A DNA stretch of 64,000 bases, taken from Azolla caroliniana. Lineage: Eukaryota > Plantae > Polypodiophyta. The position numbers and the translations under genes are program-made. The DNA lies in contig JBHGNT010000001.1 of the NCBI GenBank assembly GCA_043228905.1, positions 31,000,001 to 31,064,000 on the forward strand, read 5' to 3'. Below, piece after piece: positions 12,480-24,896 of this stretch (the stretch's first letter is position 1; every line of letters starts with the position of its first letter). The notes under the pieces were generated by a model. The model did no database searches. It was not told the origin of the DNA and saw only the letters and a program-made list of their open reading frames with translations.

Positions 12480-13702
12480 TGTTGTGAAGATCCGTCAGTA
12501 GGCGCGGATCACGAGGCGGAACCGCCAGGGTTCTGAACCGGAAGGACTTGAAGTTCGCACCAAGCTTAGCGAGAAAGTATTTAGGATAGATTGAGAGAGA
12601 GAAAGATAAAGATAAGATAGAACGCTTGATTTTAGATCGAGAGAGAGATTAAGAACTCTTGACTTTAGATTTTAAGAACAAGGTATATCATCAAAAGGAT
12701 AACGAATTTTCTTCTTAATATTAATTTTGATTTAAAGTACAAAGCTTTTTTTTTATCCCAAAATAATCTCCATTGATCTTTTTCATTCCCTCTTTTATAG
12801 ATGCCCTCATGCATTTGAGGGTTCAAGACATGCATAAAATGCATGTTTGCCATTTGGCGCTCATGTATTACATGTGGTGCATGATAACCATGTCACTCAT
12901 TTTAGCTCTCATGTATGAGAATTTATATGTAAAAGTAAAATGATAGAAATATAAATTCAACTAAATGTCATGGCTTAGTGGTAAGCCTATTGACTTTTAA
13001 CTAGGAGGTGCAAGGTTTGAATCCTCACTTGTCGTCCTTGTATATATATATGTGATATTTATTTATTAATTTGGTCGTCGGATGTCGCCGGTTACCGTCA
13101 ATCGCCGCTGGCGTCGTATGCTGCGGTTACCGTCGATCGCCACTAGCGCTGTATGCTGCCGGTTACCGTCGGTCGCCGGCACCGCCGGAATGTCGGTTCC
13201 ATCGGCTTGCCGGCTTCGTCTCCGTCGGATAACGATTCCGCTGGATCATTGGTTGTCGGTGTGCCACCATCGCTTTGCCGGTTGCCGCCGGATCACCGGC
13301 TCCATCACCGGTCCGGTTTTGGTTGGCCAAAACCTTTACAAGTAGCTAGGCCACCTCCACTCTTAGTTCAAGTTACCTTGAACTCTCTATGGTCCACACA
13401 TAGACACAAAGATAATAACTTTTGCTCCACCTTATATATGGTGAGAGCCTTATTCGTCCAGTCTATGTGGGATATCTCATAATTTTCTCATTTTCTTTCG
13501 CAACTTCTTACCCACATAAGTTGACACTTAGATGTCCGTTTCTTATGTAGTAAAGTGCACCTCCTCAAGATCTTCTTCTTTTATACTAAGATATTAAACT
13601 TACTTAGAATTAGTATATTCACTATTATTGTTTTATATGATTGACACTTGATTTTGTACGTTTTATGTGATTTTCACACCATTGTCGAAAATCTTCACGA
13701 CA
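12480..13702 (-). mobile_element. Solo LTR (1223 bp) of the TGTCGTGAAGAT type
   Basis: Termini TGTTGTGAAGAT / ATCTTCACGACA; 4-bp TSD ACGT (12476-12479 / 13703-13706); host gag frame restored on removal. Confidence 0.9.
12964..13036 (+). other. tRNA-like sequence with Pol III A/B boxes inside the solo LTR, antisense to the LTR
   Basis: A box TGGCTTAGTGG at 12971; anticodon-like loop CTTTTAA; B box GGTTTGAATCC at 13014; stems decayed. Confidence 0.7.
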
Positions 13703-13986
13703 ACGTCGTCATAAACCATCATCGAAAGAGGAAACACAATGACGCTGAGCAAATAGACTATGTCTTTATTGTGGTGGACCGGGGCATATTGCAGTGAACT
13801 GTCTTCATAGGCCAAGAAGTCAGGTAAATCAAATAGTCATTATTACTAATAGTACTAAACCCGAGTCTATTCCATTAGGAGTGTCTGATAGTCCTAAAAG
13901 ACAAACCTATCAATCAAATTTGAAGTCCTTAGTCAACTGGAAGAATAGTTGAACGACTAAGTCCAGCCAAAATAGGAGTCGTTTCG

Positions 13987-14539
13987 TTGGATAGCCCTAG
14001 ATCTGTGCAAATTAGCAATGTCTTCCTAGCTCAAGTAACAATTAGTACTAAAATTAACCTTCGAATACATGTCTTAGCACTCCTAGATTCCATAGCCATT
14101 TCTTGCCTCATGGATAAGAATTTTTCCCAAGCTCATCAAATATCCCTAAGAAAACTCCCTTGCCCAACTTTTGTAATAGTCATTGATGGTCGCCCCATTG
14201 CTTCTAGAAATATCGTAAAAGAGTTAGAGCCGATTAGTGTTGTCCTAAATAATTTGGCATGTGTGGTATCATTTAATATAATTAATAGTCCAGAGCATCC
14301 AATTGTTTTGGGGTTACCATGGTTCGAATTACACAATCTGAACATAGATTGGACAATAAGAGAAATCAGGTATCGAGAATCTCGAGAACTACTCACAAGA
14401 TTTCAACTATTTCGCTACATTAATTGCATGAGGAAGGACGTAAAGAATCAATGTTTGTATTCGCAATATTAGTGAAACCTTCCAACATCGCTAAGGAGGA
14501 GTCAACAATTCAACTTCCAAAGAAGTATCATCATTACGC
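13987..14539 (+). pseudogene. Aspartic protease and linker of element D
   Basis: ALLDSIAISCLMD, VIDGRPI, HPIVLGLPWFELHNLNIDW. Confidence 0.88.
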
Positions 14540-15419
14540 TGTCGTAGTGTGAATCACACACTACGTGAAACATACCAAAGCCTCGGTGGTTCCCACCTGA
14601 TTCACACAACGATCCGGAGCCGAAAGGCATGAAACCGGTCAGAACTGGAAGGAGGAACCAGTGAGAACCGGATGAAGGATGGAATCGGTAAGGAGGAACC
14701 GGTGAGAAACGGTGTCGCGTTGTTACGCGTGTGCGTAGAGAAAGGGGCGGGACCACGGGGGTTTTGACCCGAAGAGAGAGAGAGATTTGTAGATACGCGG
14801 AGCGAGAAGGCGAAATATCGAACGTAACACTTGATTTCAGTAACAAGAGATTACAATGACAAGAGAACACGACTCTGACAGTTACAACCGACAAGGCGGC
14901 GATGGACCCGACACGGGGATCCTACTCACACACACAGACAGCACACGCTCGACACCTGGAAACAAAAAAAGGGGGAGAGCCTCTGCTGGAAGCGCACGGG
15001 CTGTCCACGAAGCAGAGGCGGCGAACTCCCGACCCACAGAGACCGACGACTGGACGAGATGAGAGAGCTCGACACTCAGATCTGCAGCAACACTTCGTCC
15101 TCCCTAGCGCGCGATCCCTTTCTCCCCTCTCTCTTCTCCCTTTTTATCCCCATCCTCCTGTCAATTTGCTTTATTCCCTATCCACCCCCCCCTGACAGAG
15201 ATACGCACAATCCCCCTAATAAATGTGTGCTGCTTAGTATTTACATCCACCGATTCGTGTACAAAATATCAAGTCACGCGTCCATCCGTGTAAGAGCTAG
15301 GTTATGCGCTTTATCTCCGATTCCTCCTATGGCCAATTTTCTTCACGACATCCATCCCCACCAAACCGCGCATCCACCGGTATGCGCCAGAGACAAGTAG
15401 ATACCGAAGAAACCCGGCC

Positions 15420-17240
15420 TCACTCGTTGGTCTCCGATTCTCTGCCGGACCCGACCTGATCGTCGTTGTTGCTCCCGCTCGCAGGCTCCGACTCGTCTTC
15501 GAACCACTTTTTGAATGCTTTGATCCGCTTTCCGGCCACCGGCACCGCTAACCGTGTCCCGTCGAGTTCCGCGAGGTGGTACGTGCCGTTATCATTCGCG
15601 CTCGTCACCGTCTAGGGCCCGAACCATCTCCTAACGAACTTTCGCACCGCCTTGTGCTGATTGTCGAGGCTGCTATCGTATACCAAGACCCAATCGCCTT
15701 CCTCGATCTTCTTTGGTCCCAACCGGTGCGTTCGGTTGAACCGGGTCTTGTTCCGCTCCCTTGCCACTCGCAGCTTTTCCTTCGCCTATATCACGTCCTT
15801 CGGCTTCCGCTCGAGTTGCCGAATTCGCGCCGCCAACAACTCCTCCCGGCTCATTTCGTCCTTTCAATCTACCGCCGCCCACGAAGAAACCGTCCATTCC
15901 ACCAACATGATCGACTTTTGTCCGTATATCAGCTCTGCCGGCATAAACCCTGTCACCAAACTGTGGGTAGTTCGGTCCGCCCATAGTGCGTAAGGAAGGA
16001 GTCGTGGCCAATTCCCGACCTGTCCTCCGCATGCACACACCAACACCTTTACGATAGGCCCGTGCCCCCGTTCTACCTTTCCGTTCGCCTCTGGATTGTA
16101 TGTTGTAGTGAGGGAGAGTTTGACGCCTAGCCGGTCGAACAACTCCTTAGCTTCCCGCGCATCCAGCTCTCCCCGGTCCGCCACGATCCTCCCGACGCAC
16201 CCGTACTAACACACTACTTCTTCGATCAGGAACCGGCATACCGCCGCGATTGTCTTGCTTTGTAGTGCACGACCTTCCACCTGGTTCATTAAGTCTTCCC
16301 GTGCAAGCACCATGTATCACATCTGTCCTACCCCCATCGGCATCGTCACCAAGTCTACCATCCACTTGAAATGAACCGTAGACGGGTAGGTCGGGTGTAG
16401 CTCGTCCCGGTGTCGGACTACGGAGTGCATCTGACAGCTTTCACAAGTCGTTACGAACCGATGCACGTCCTGGTACAACCCCGACCACCAATACTTTCCC
16501 TTAAGCTTCTCGAATGTGGCCCACGTTCCGCGGTGTTCGGCCCAGGGGCTCTCGTGAAATGCCGCCAACAGTCCCCCCTGTTCTTCTTTCTTTACCACTA
16601 CTCGGAGTGGGATGTCGCTTCTCTTCTTAGGGTGCCTACATATGCACCCGTCCCGTAGGAAGAATCGGTATGCCTTCTTTCGTATCCGGCTCGCCTCCTC
16701 TCTCGCCCATGTTGCGTCTGGCGCCATCGTCCGTAGGAACCTCCCGATTTGGAGCCACTGCCCGTCGTACTTGCTTTCGTCAAATTCATTAAGCGCCGGA
16801 GTGTTCCCTTCCCTCGTCGTTACGTTAGCCGACCCGAAGAAGTCCTCGCCGACTTCTTTGTCATCTGAAACCATGCCGTCTTCATTGTTGAACCTTGCCC
16901 TCGAAAGCATGTCGGCCATGGCGTTGTCCTTTTCGGAGATGTGCCGTATCTCCGGGTTCAGGGACTTAATGTACGCTATCCACCGGAGCATTGCTAGGTC
17001 CATCGTCGCGCGTTCGGAAACCATGCCGAGTATTGGCAAGTAGTCCGTCTCGATGATCACCTCCGTCCCAATCAAATAATCCTTGTCGGCCTTGACTGCC
17101 GAAACGAAACCCCAAAGTTCGCGCTTAACTTGGGCGTATCCTCGCTGCCGTTCGCTCAATACCTTCACCCCGAACCGGATCGGGAATCGTACGCTGTCCT
17201 CGTCCTCCTGACTGATTACCCATCCAATCCCAGTCGGGCT
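15420..17240 (-). pseudogene. pol: RNase H-integrase of element C
   Basis: YAQVKRELWG, ADMLSR, H-H-CESC zinc finger, ADRGE, YNPEANGKVERG; several stops. Confidence 0.9.
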
Positions 17241-17244
17241 GGTC

Positions 17245-18773
17245 GAGCCTCTTCCGCCTCACCAAGTCTACAATAGAGTCGTGGAACTCCCTCTTGGCGA
17301 TTCCCAGCACCTCCCGCAATGACAGCTCCACTCTGTGGTCCTTTCGATCTCGGTGCTCAACTGAAACCCCGTCTGCTTCTTTCCGTCCGGCGCGCCTGGG
17401 TTGCGGTCGGTTTCGGTCCGAACCGGGTCTCATACCTCTGCGGGGGCCGGCCCCTCCGGCCTTTCCTGCCCGTTTGTCCTCCACTAGAACCTCGTAGTTC
17501 TAGCAAGCGGCTTCCACGAAGCCCGTTTTCTCTTTGACCGGATCGTCCCAACTGGTGACCTCCTGGACCCGCTGTTCCGCGCGGTCCGCCTCTTCCTTCT
17601 TCAGCCGTACTCCGGAGAGGCCTTCTAACACTAGCGGCTAGAATCCGGAGTCCTTCGCCTTCCGGGTCTCATCACCCCTGACCCGAATTCCCGCCGACAC
17701 CGAGTAGTTGACGACTTCGACGTGCCGTGCCGCGGCCTCTTCCATCAACCTCTTCATTCCGCTTCGCCCCGTATTCAGTTCCAAGGCTCTCCGGGTCTCG
17801 CTCGCGTGCACCCGCCCGTTCCAGAGGTACACCACGTTGGTCCTGAGCGCGTCGGCGAAATCTACGCACTCCTTCCGAATGTGACTGATCGCGTCACACC
17901 ACATGCACCGCTGCCCAACCGGCGGCCTCCGGTCGCGAGGTTGTTCGCCGTTGTCTCTCTGGGCCTGTGCGATCTGCAGGTCGCGCACCATCTGTGTCAG
18001 CTCCTCCAGAGCCGCTCCTCCAGATGGGCCTCTGACCACGTCGTTCGATGCCGACCCCGAGTCTGGCCAGATTTGGGTCTCTTCCTTCCTACCGGCCGGC
18101 ACCGATACCGGCTCCTTAAGCTTCCTCCCCGGGACCGGCCCCGACCCCGACGAGCTTCCGTCGCTCGAATCGCGCCGTTTGTCAAAATGGCTGCAGACTC
18201 ATTTTACCACGGCCTAGTTTGCCGTGAGCCCTTCGTCCGTTTCCAATAGGGGACCCACCCTTTCCTTGTCGAGCGCGTCCACTGACTTGACAAATAGTAG
18301 TACTCGATTTGTTTCGAGCACTGTCCGGTCCAGCGTCGACAACCGCGCGAACCGTTTATCGAACTCCTGGAGGAGCACCGACGTGTTCCTCCCCTTCCTG
18401 GGGCTTTCCACCCACGCCATGAAGTCCCGCTTCGACAGCTGAAGCGAGTCGTCAAACCCATACTTCTTGAGGAGCTGCAGCTCGAACTCCTCCCAAGTCT
18501 GGCATCCGGCCAGCACCTCGAGCACCTCCGCGTGGATGCCCGACGTCACCACATGAGGGAATCCGGATAGCCCGGCGTCACCACCGGGATATCCCTCATG
18601 ATCATTTCGGCCCGGTAAGCCTCCAAATAACTTGTGGCGTCTTTCCCTCCAAAGCGGCCTATAGAGCCGACGATCGATTCAATGGCTCTGTCGAGGGTAC
18701 CCGTCCCTTCATGAGCGCTCACCAACCGGTCGACGACCACCGCCATTGCTTCTGCTAGCTCCGATCCCCTCAT
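17245..18773 (-). pseudogene. gag: Gag of element C
   Basis: MRGSELAEAM..., CMWCDAISHIRKEC; stops and frameshifts; ends at DLVRRKRL. Confidence 0.88.
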
Positions 18774-19542
18774 CTTTGGACTCCTCTGCCACCCCGTTCA
18801 CGTCAGGTTCACCAAATATGTCGCGTTGTTACGCACGTGCGTGGAGAAAGGGGCGGGACCACGGGGGTCTTGAACCGAAGAGAGAGAGAGAGATTTGTAG
18901 ATATGCGGAGCGAGAAGGTGAAATATCGAACGTAACACTTGATTTCACTAACAAGAGATTACAATGACAAGAGAACACGACTCTGACAGTTACAACCGAC
19001 AAGGCGGCGATGGACCCGACACGGGGATCCTACTCACACACACAGACAGCACACGCTCGACACCCAGAAACAAAACAAAGGGGGAGAGCCTCTGCTGGAA
19101 GCGCACAGGTTGTCCACGAAGTAGAGGCGGCAAACTCCCGACCCACAGAGACAGAAGACCGGACGAGAAGAGAGAGCTCGGCACTCAGATCTGCAGCAGC
19201 ACTTCGTCCTCCCTAGCGCGCGATCCCTTTCTCCCCTCTCTCTTCTCCCTTTTTATCCCCATCCTCCTGTCAATTTGCTTTATTCCCTGTCCACCCCCCC
19301 TGACAGAGATACACATAATCCCCCTAATAAATGCGTGCTGCTTAGTATTTACATCCACCGATTCGTGTACAAAATATCAAGTCACGCGTCCATCCGTGTA
19401 AGAGCTGGGTTATGCGCATTCTCTCCGATTCCACCTATGGCCAGTTTTCTTCACGACAACGGATGAAGGATGGAATCGGTAAGGAGGAACCGGTGAGAAC
19501 CGGATGAAGAGACAAATTTGTAAATAGAAGAAAAGATTGTTA

Positions 19543-19617
19543 CATGCATAGGGTAGGATTCAAACCCTGTACCTCCATGTTAACGATTTTTAAGCCTTAC
19601 CATTATACTAGCGTATT
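19543..19617 (-). other. tRNA-like A/B-box module in the G' LTR, antisense to the LTR
   Basis: Minus strand: TAGTATAATGG (19610-19600) then GGTTTGAATCC (19566-19556), followed by TTTT. Confidence 0.65.
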
Positions 19618-20086
19618 ATGAATTTTAAAGTTATACTAAACATTATCCCATGTAGATATTCTAGACATGCATGGTAGAAAAAATTATTCATGCATAGACA
19701 CTCGAGTTAAAAGAAAAGATGAGATAGGTGTCTTTTTGGCCGGAAGTGCTAGAAAACACCGAGAAAACCGACTCTAACGAGATCCGAAGCACCGCGGAAG
19801 GCATCCGGGAAGGTACGGGATGGGAGTGCCTCGTCGATAAGAATAGCATATACGCCCTATGTCAATTACATGAGGTATATGTGGACGAGAAGCGGCGACG
19901 CACGGAGGATGCGGTTGGACCATCGAAGACACCGGAGAGCTGGAACTCCAACGGAAGAGGGAAAGGAAAAACGATTCTGGCATTCAAGCTCGCCTCGGAC
20001 ATCAAACAACAAACGGACTTGAAAAAGGTGTTCGAGGAGAGAATCCTTGACAGCCGGGTAGATTTTTCGCTTCGGGAACTACTCGG

Positions 20087-20633
20087 TGTCGTGAAGAAAA
20101 CCGGCCATAGGCGGAATTGGAGAAAAGGGCGCATGGACCGGCTCTTACACAGATGGACGCGTGAATTGATATTTTGATATTTTGATATTTTGATATTTTG
20201 TACATGATTCATAAATGAATTGGCTGATGTAAATACTAAGTAGTACACATTTATTAGGGGATTGTGCGTATCTCTATCAGAACGGATAGGGAATAAGGCG
20301 ATTTGACTAGGGATGGGATCTATTTAAGGAAAAGAGAGAGGGGAGAGAGAAATATCGCGCATTGGAGAGGACGAAGTGCTGCTGCAGATCTGAGTGCCGA
20401 GCTCTCTCTTCTCCTCCGATTGTCGGTCTCTGTGGGTCGGGAGTTCGCTGCCTCTGCTTCGTGGACAGCCTGTACACTTCTAGCAGAGGCTCTCCCCCTT
20501 GTTTTTGTTTCTTGGAGTCGAGTGAGTTCTGTCTGTGTGCGTGAGTAGGATCCCCGTGTCGGGTCCATCGCCGCCTTGCCGGTTGTAACCGTCAGAGTTT
20601 GTAATCTCTTGTTATTGTAATCAAGTGTTCCGT
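20087..20633 (+). repeat. C-family LTR, truncated by insertion of element I
   Basis: Reverse-complement match to the C LTRs; starts TGTCGTGAAGAAAA after TCGG inside G' gag. Confidence 0.88.
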
Positions 20634-22782
20634 TGTTGCGTTGTTACGTGCATGTGTGTAGAAGGGCGGGACCACGGGGGTCTTGGACTAAGGAAGAAGG
20701 GAAGCCGAGAAGACGATTCCGGGCGCGTTCCGGAAGCAACCGAAGGGGAGAGAGAAAGAGAGAGAGAGCGCGCTTGACCCCGACTCACCCACACACACAC
20801 ACACCACGCCGACCCAACTCACGCCCTTATGTACAGAAACAGAGGTAAGAGAACACCAAAAACACCCGCACAAACACCGGACCTCAACAGAGACATGAAT
20901 ATGCACAGACAGACGCAAATGTATATATATAAATGGAAGAATACATTCCCGGCTTCGAGCCGGACCAAGGTAGGTTACAATAGTCGTCGGGTGCCAAGCC
21001 GCCGGTCGGGGAGCTCACGGGCTTGTCACGCCAAGCGGGGTCTTGTGCAGGAGACGAGTTGAAGCAAACCCTAAGCGAACACGAAGGGGGGGAGAAGAAG
21101 AAGGAGGAGGAGGAGGAGGAGGAGGAGGAGGAATGTAACTAACCCTAAATCTAACGATATACCCTCTAACGCAAAATGGGCAACTCCTTCACAAAGGGCG
21201 CTCCCTCCTTTTTATAGAACAAGGAGAGGGATGCGTTACAATGTGGGATAAATCCCAACTTACATGGTATTCTCTGACCCGACTTGACTCCTACTATTCA
21301 CACGTTTATACAAGGGTGAGTGCACTTGGTGATCACCGCCGATTCTCTTGATATTCTTTGATTCCGCCTAGGGACGGTTTTCTCCACGACATCCGCCCCC
21401 ACCTAACCGCGCATCCACCGGTATGTGCCAAAATAGACCTTTTTGCCAGAGAAGACCGGCCCGCGCTTACCCTTCGTCCTCCAGATCGTCATTTGCTTCG
21501 GACCGGTTCATCCTTGTGCCGCTTGCCTCTCCGTAGGCTCATTTGTCCCGTCGATGGGTCCTTCGCCGCGATCTCCGTAGTACACGTACTTCTGTTGGCC
21601 CTTGTTCGGCCGTATGCACGCCCGCTCTCCGCCGTATGCCCGATGTCCTTCGCTTGAGGAACGCCCGTGGTGGCCCGCTTGGCCTCCGTCGACCATTCGT
21701 GTTGACATGATTGCCGTCCCATGTTGTTTCGCGTTGCCTTCGTCCTCTCGCCGCCACCTTCCTTCTCCATGGTCTTACATCGCCACGTCGGCTCGAACCG
21801 CCATGGTCTCCGAAACTGTGTGGAGGATCCTCCTCTGGCCTTCTACGCGCTACCTCCGAACCGCACAACCCATCTTCGTGCTCGCCTTTCCGCTCCAGCA
21901 CCTCCGTGTGCCGCATACCCTCGTTCGTTGTTTGGCACTGCCTGTGCCACACTCCGTCCCGTAGTCACGCTGTCGTGAAGAATTTCGGCCATAGGCGAAA
22001 ACCGGGAAACATTGTCTACATCGGCGGGGTGCAACGTGTGTACGCACCCATGTACATTTAGTGTGAATATCGAGGGCGCCTTTATGGCGCCCAAGAGTAG
22101 TCAAGTCGGGACAGACGATCCCATGTAAGTCGGGATTTGTCCCACATTGTAACGCATCCCTTTCCTTGATCTATAAAAGGAAGGGATCGCCCTTTGTGTA
22201 AGGGTTGCCCATTTTTGCATTAGAGGGTATACCGGTAGGTTTAGGTTTAGGTTTCTTCTGCTCTTCTTCTTCCCCTTCGTGTTCGCTTAGGGTTTGCTTC
22301 AACTCATCTCCTGCGCAAGACCCCGCTCGGCGTGACGAGGCCGTGAGCTCCCCGACGACGGCTTGGCAGCAGACGACTACTGTAACCTACCTCAGTCCGG
22401 CTCGAAGCCGGGAGTGTATTCTTCTTATACATATATATACATATACGTTTGCGTCTGTCTATGTATATTGGCGTCTTGTTGGTGTCGGGTGCTCCCCTCC
22501 TTCCCTGCGTTTCCTGTACATAAGGGCTTGAGTCGGGTCGGGCGTGTGTGTGTGTGTGTGTGCGTGGGTGTGCGTGAGTCGGTGTTAAGCACTCTCTCTC
22601 TCACTCTCTCTCCCTTCGGTTGCTTACGGTGTGCTTCTGAGATGCCCCAGAAGCAGTGAAGCACGACTTCCTACGCTCCGTCGCTCCTTAGTCCAAGACC
22701 CCCGTGGCCCCGCCTTTCTCCACGCACGCGCGTAACAACGCGACATCTTTGGTGAACCTGACGTGAAAGGCGGCAAGGGAGG

Positions 22783-24480
22783 ATGGAGTCAGAAGACGAC
22801 GACCTTGCAGAGATGGTGGCCGAAGTGGTGTTGGAGTCGGCACGAGTGGTGATGAGGCAAGAAGCAGCGCAACAAGCGGTTGGGCGAGTGGTCGAAAGAG
22901 TCGGCCGTTTCAACGGGGACAAAGTCCCATCTTACTTGGAAGCCTACAACGCGGAAATGGAAGAGCGTGGCGTAGACGAGGCGTTGAGGCTGGAGTTCTT
23001 CTGCCGGGTCGTAGCTGTCCGGATGCATGCGGAAGTAATGGAGCTTCGTGAGGCTCGTGGTTCATGGGAGGCCTTCGAAAAGGCGCTCCTGAAGGCATAC
23101 GGAGGACGGCGGAAGAGCCGGGGACGGCACCACTTCGACCAGTGGGTAGCATCGGCAAGGACCCACCGGAGTGCCACAAAGGTGTTCCGGGAGTTCGAGC
23201 GACGACTTGCTCGGCTCCCAGAGCGGGAACAAAGTTTGGTGGGGGCGGACAAAGTCCTTTTGTTCGTCAAGTCGATCGACCGAGCGGAACGGGAAGCCAT
23301 CGGGATTGAGCTCGAAGACGATGATGGAGCGAATGGGCTTACGGAGGACTGGTCGAGGGTCGGAAGGGTGTGCCAAAGGCTAGACAATGAGCGAGCCGAT
23401 AAGGCTAAGAGGAAGGTACGCGACGACGTGCAATCACAGCGGGAAGAGGCTGAACGGCAAAGAGAGTCGGCAAGGGTCGGCGTTGGGGCCAGGATTGTGG
23501 AGGCGTACGCAACGCTCAAAGCGATGCTCGAGGAAGAGGGGGGATCGAGGCCAGAAGCTGAGACCGAGGAGACGGACTTGCCCCGCGCGACGGCGGAAGA
23601 TCGGTACGACGGGACCACGGGAGGGGGTGCGGGACGAGTCACCCTCTCGACATGCGGAGAAAGATCGACCGAGGACGAGGTCGGGGACGGTGAGGCGGCG
23701 ATCGCCGATGCAAGCGGACATGAGGGAGTTCGGGCATGGAGGCCCGAAGCATCGAGCGGGGAGAAGACGGGCGGTGGTGCCGCGACCTTACGCACACCGG
23801 GCCTAGAGACTCCGGCAACTGGCCCGAGAGCCGGTGTGAGACCTAGAGTGACGGACGGTGGTGGCGGCAAGGCGGGCGACCACGACGGCGATGATGTGGG
23901 GGAGGGTGAGGAGCGAGCGACTCTCTCGACTTGTGGAAAGAGGACGGCCAAGGACGAGGCTGAGATACAGATCGCGGAACCGGAACGTTGGGACCAACGG
24001 TTTCGGGTGTGTCAGCCCAAGATCCCGGTCATTGGAGAATCAAGCCCAGACGGGGCTTGCGCGATCAGTAAGAAAACCGCCGCTGACCACGAAGAGTCGG
24101 TGGCTACGGACAAGGGCGTAAAACGGACGGGTGATTCTTTGTGTCTTCCCACACTTGCTCCCGAGACGATGGCAGTCGGGCCCGAGTGCCCACGTGAGTC
24201 CCAAGCGGAGGAAGGCGGCGGCGAAAGGGCGAGAATCACCGGCGAGACGATACAGGGAAAGAACGGGCGAAAGCCCACGGACCCGATTCCGGAGAACTCG
24301 GCAATTGGGCCCGTATGCCCATGTAAGACCGAGGAGATGGATGGCGGTACCGAGGAGTCCTGGCACGATGCCAGCGAAGTCGGATGGGAAACGGCCTGCG
24401 AGGAGGCCGAGGGCGAACGCGGCACGAGGCGATCGGCATTCCGATACGGGTGGAGCGTGATCCGGTCGTGGATTGTTTGA
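22783..24480 (+). CDS. gag: Gag capsid-like N-terminus fused to a long acidic low-complexity tail (565 aa)
   Basis: VGRFNGDKVPSYLEAY, KVLLFVKSID and GLTEDW align with the autonomous Gag; no CCHC knuckle, protease or RT. Confidence 0.8.
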   Translation: MESEDDDLAEMVAEVVLESARVVMRQEAAQQAVGRVVERVGRFNGDKVPSYLEAYNAEMEERGVDEALRLEFFCRVVAVRMHAEVMELREARGSWEAFEKALLKAYGGRRKSRGRHHFDQWVASARTHRSATKVFREFERRLARLPEREQSLVGADKVLLFVKSIDRAEREAIGIELEDDDGANGLTEDWSRVGRVCQRLDNERADKAKRKVRDDVQSQREEAERQRESARVGVGARIVEAYATLKAMLEEEGGSRPEAETEETDLPRATAEDRYDGTTGGGAGRVTLSTCGERSTEDEVGDGEAAIADASGHEGVRAWRPEASSGEKTGGGAATLRTPGLETPATGPRAGVRPRVTDGGGGKAGDHDGDDVGEGEERATLSTCGKRTAKDEAEIQIAEPERWDQRFRVCQPKIPVIGESSPDGACAISKKTAADHEESVATDKGVKRTGDSLCLPTLAPETMAVGPECPRESQAEEGGGERARITGETIQGKNGRKPTDPIPENSAIGPVCPCKTEEMDGGTEESWHDASEVGWETACEEAEGERGTRRSAFRYGWSVIRSWIV

Positions 24481-24896
24481 TCGGGTCCGGTTTCGGCATG
24501 AAAAAGCCGATACGGAAGGGGGTTGCGGGACGAGCCGCCCTCTTTTACATGGGGAGAAAGACTGACCGGGCGAAGGTCGAGAGTTGGAAAGAGAATGAAA
24601 GCCGGTCCTATGGGATCCCTTACACCGAACCGGCTGCATGCCCAAGTGCCGGCGTAAGTCCTGTACGAGAGACGGTGGCGACAAGAGAACGGGACTCGGC
24701 AATCCGGAGAAGGACGAACGGACCCGGACGAGAACCGGGCGGAGCGGACTCCCGGATAACCATTCCGGGAGGGAGGAAGAGAGCAGGCCTACTAAGAGGC
24801 CGAGGACACGGTACGTCGGTACCACGGGAGAGGGTGCGGAGTAAACCGCCCTCTCGGCATGAGGAAAGGGACGGCCCGGGACAGGGTCATGAAGGT

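Larger units (their letters stand above)
10888..13950 (+). pseudogene. gag: Gag of element D, split by two solo LTRs
   Basis: Removing the inserts rejoins TLFSGITLSWFTPLLE and PMEINTTRRHKP; CCHC knuckle at about 13760-13803; several stops. Confidence 0.85.
10454..14539 (+). mobile_element. Decayed Tcn1/Tf1-like Ty3/gypsy element D (5' LTR about 10454-10808, gag, protease, start of RT) carrying two solo LTRs
   Basis: TATAAATA at 10590; LTR end CTAACA at 10808; self-complementary PBS; gag motifs EPKIGLPTKFD, PTPMEI, LCLYCGGPGHIAVNC; cut at QLPKKYHHYA. LTR start is tentative. Confidence 0.8.
14713..19458 (-). mobile_element. Ty3/gypsy element C, both LTRs present, protease and RT deleted
   Basis: LTRs 14713-15350 and 18819-19458; TSD ACGG on both sides; PBS 18797-18814; PPT next to 15351. 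Confidence 0.95.
14540..20086 (+). mobile_element. G-family fragment G': partial LTR (14540-14712 + 19463-19727) joined by a deletion to a gag piece (19728-20086)
   Basis: Start TGTCGTAGTGTGAATCACACACTACG identical to the LTR start at 54414(-); gag piece SFWPEVLE...ERILDSRVDFSL matches ORF 44646-46493; preceded by ACGC. Confidence 0.85.

Noticed and set aside
12964-13036. Functional tRNA-Lys gene
   Set aside because: Acceptor and T stems do not pair; kept only as a tRNA-like module
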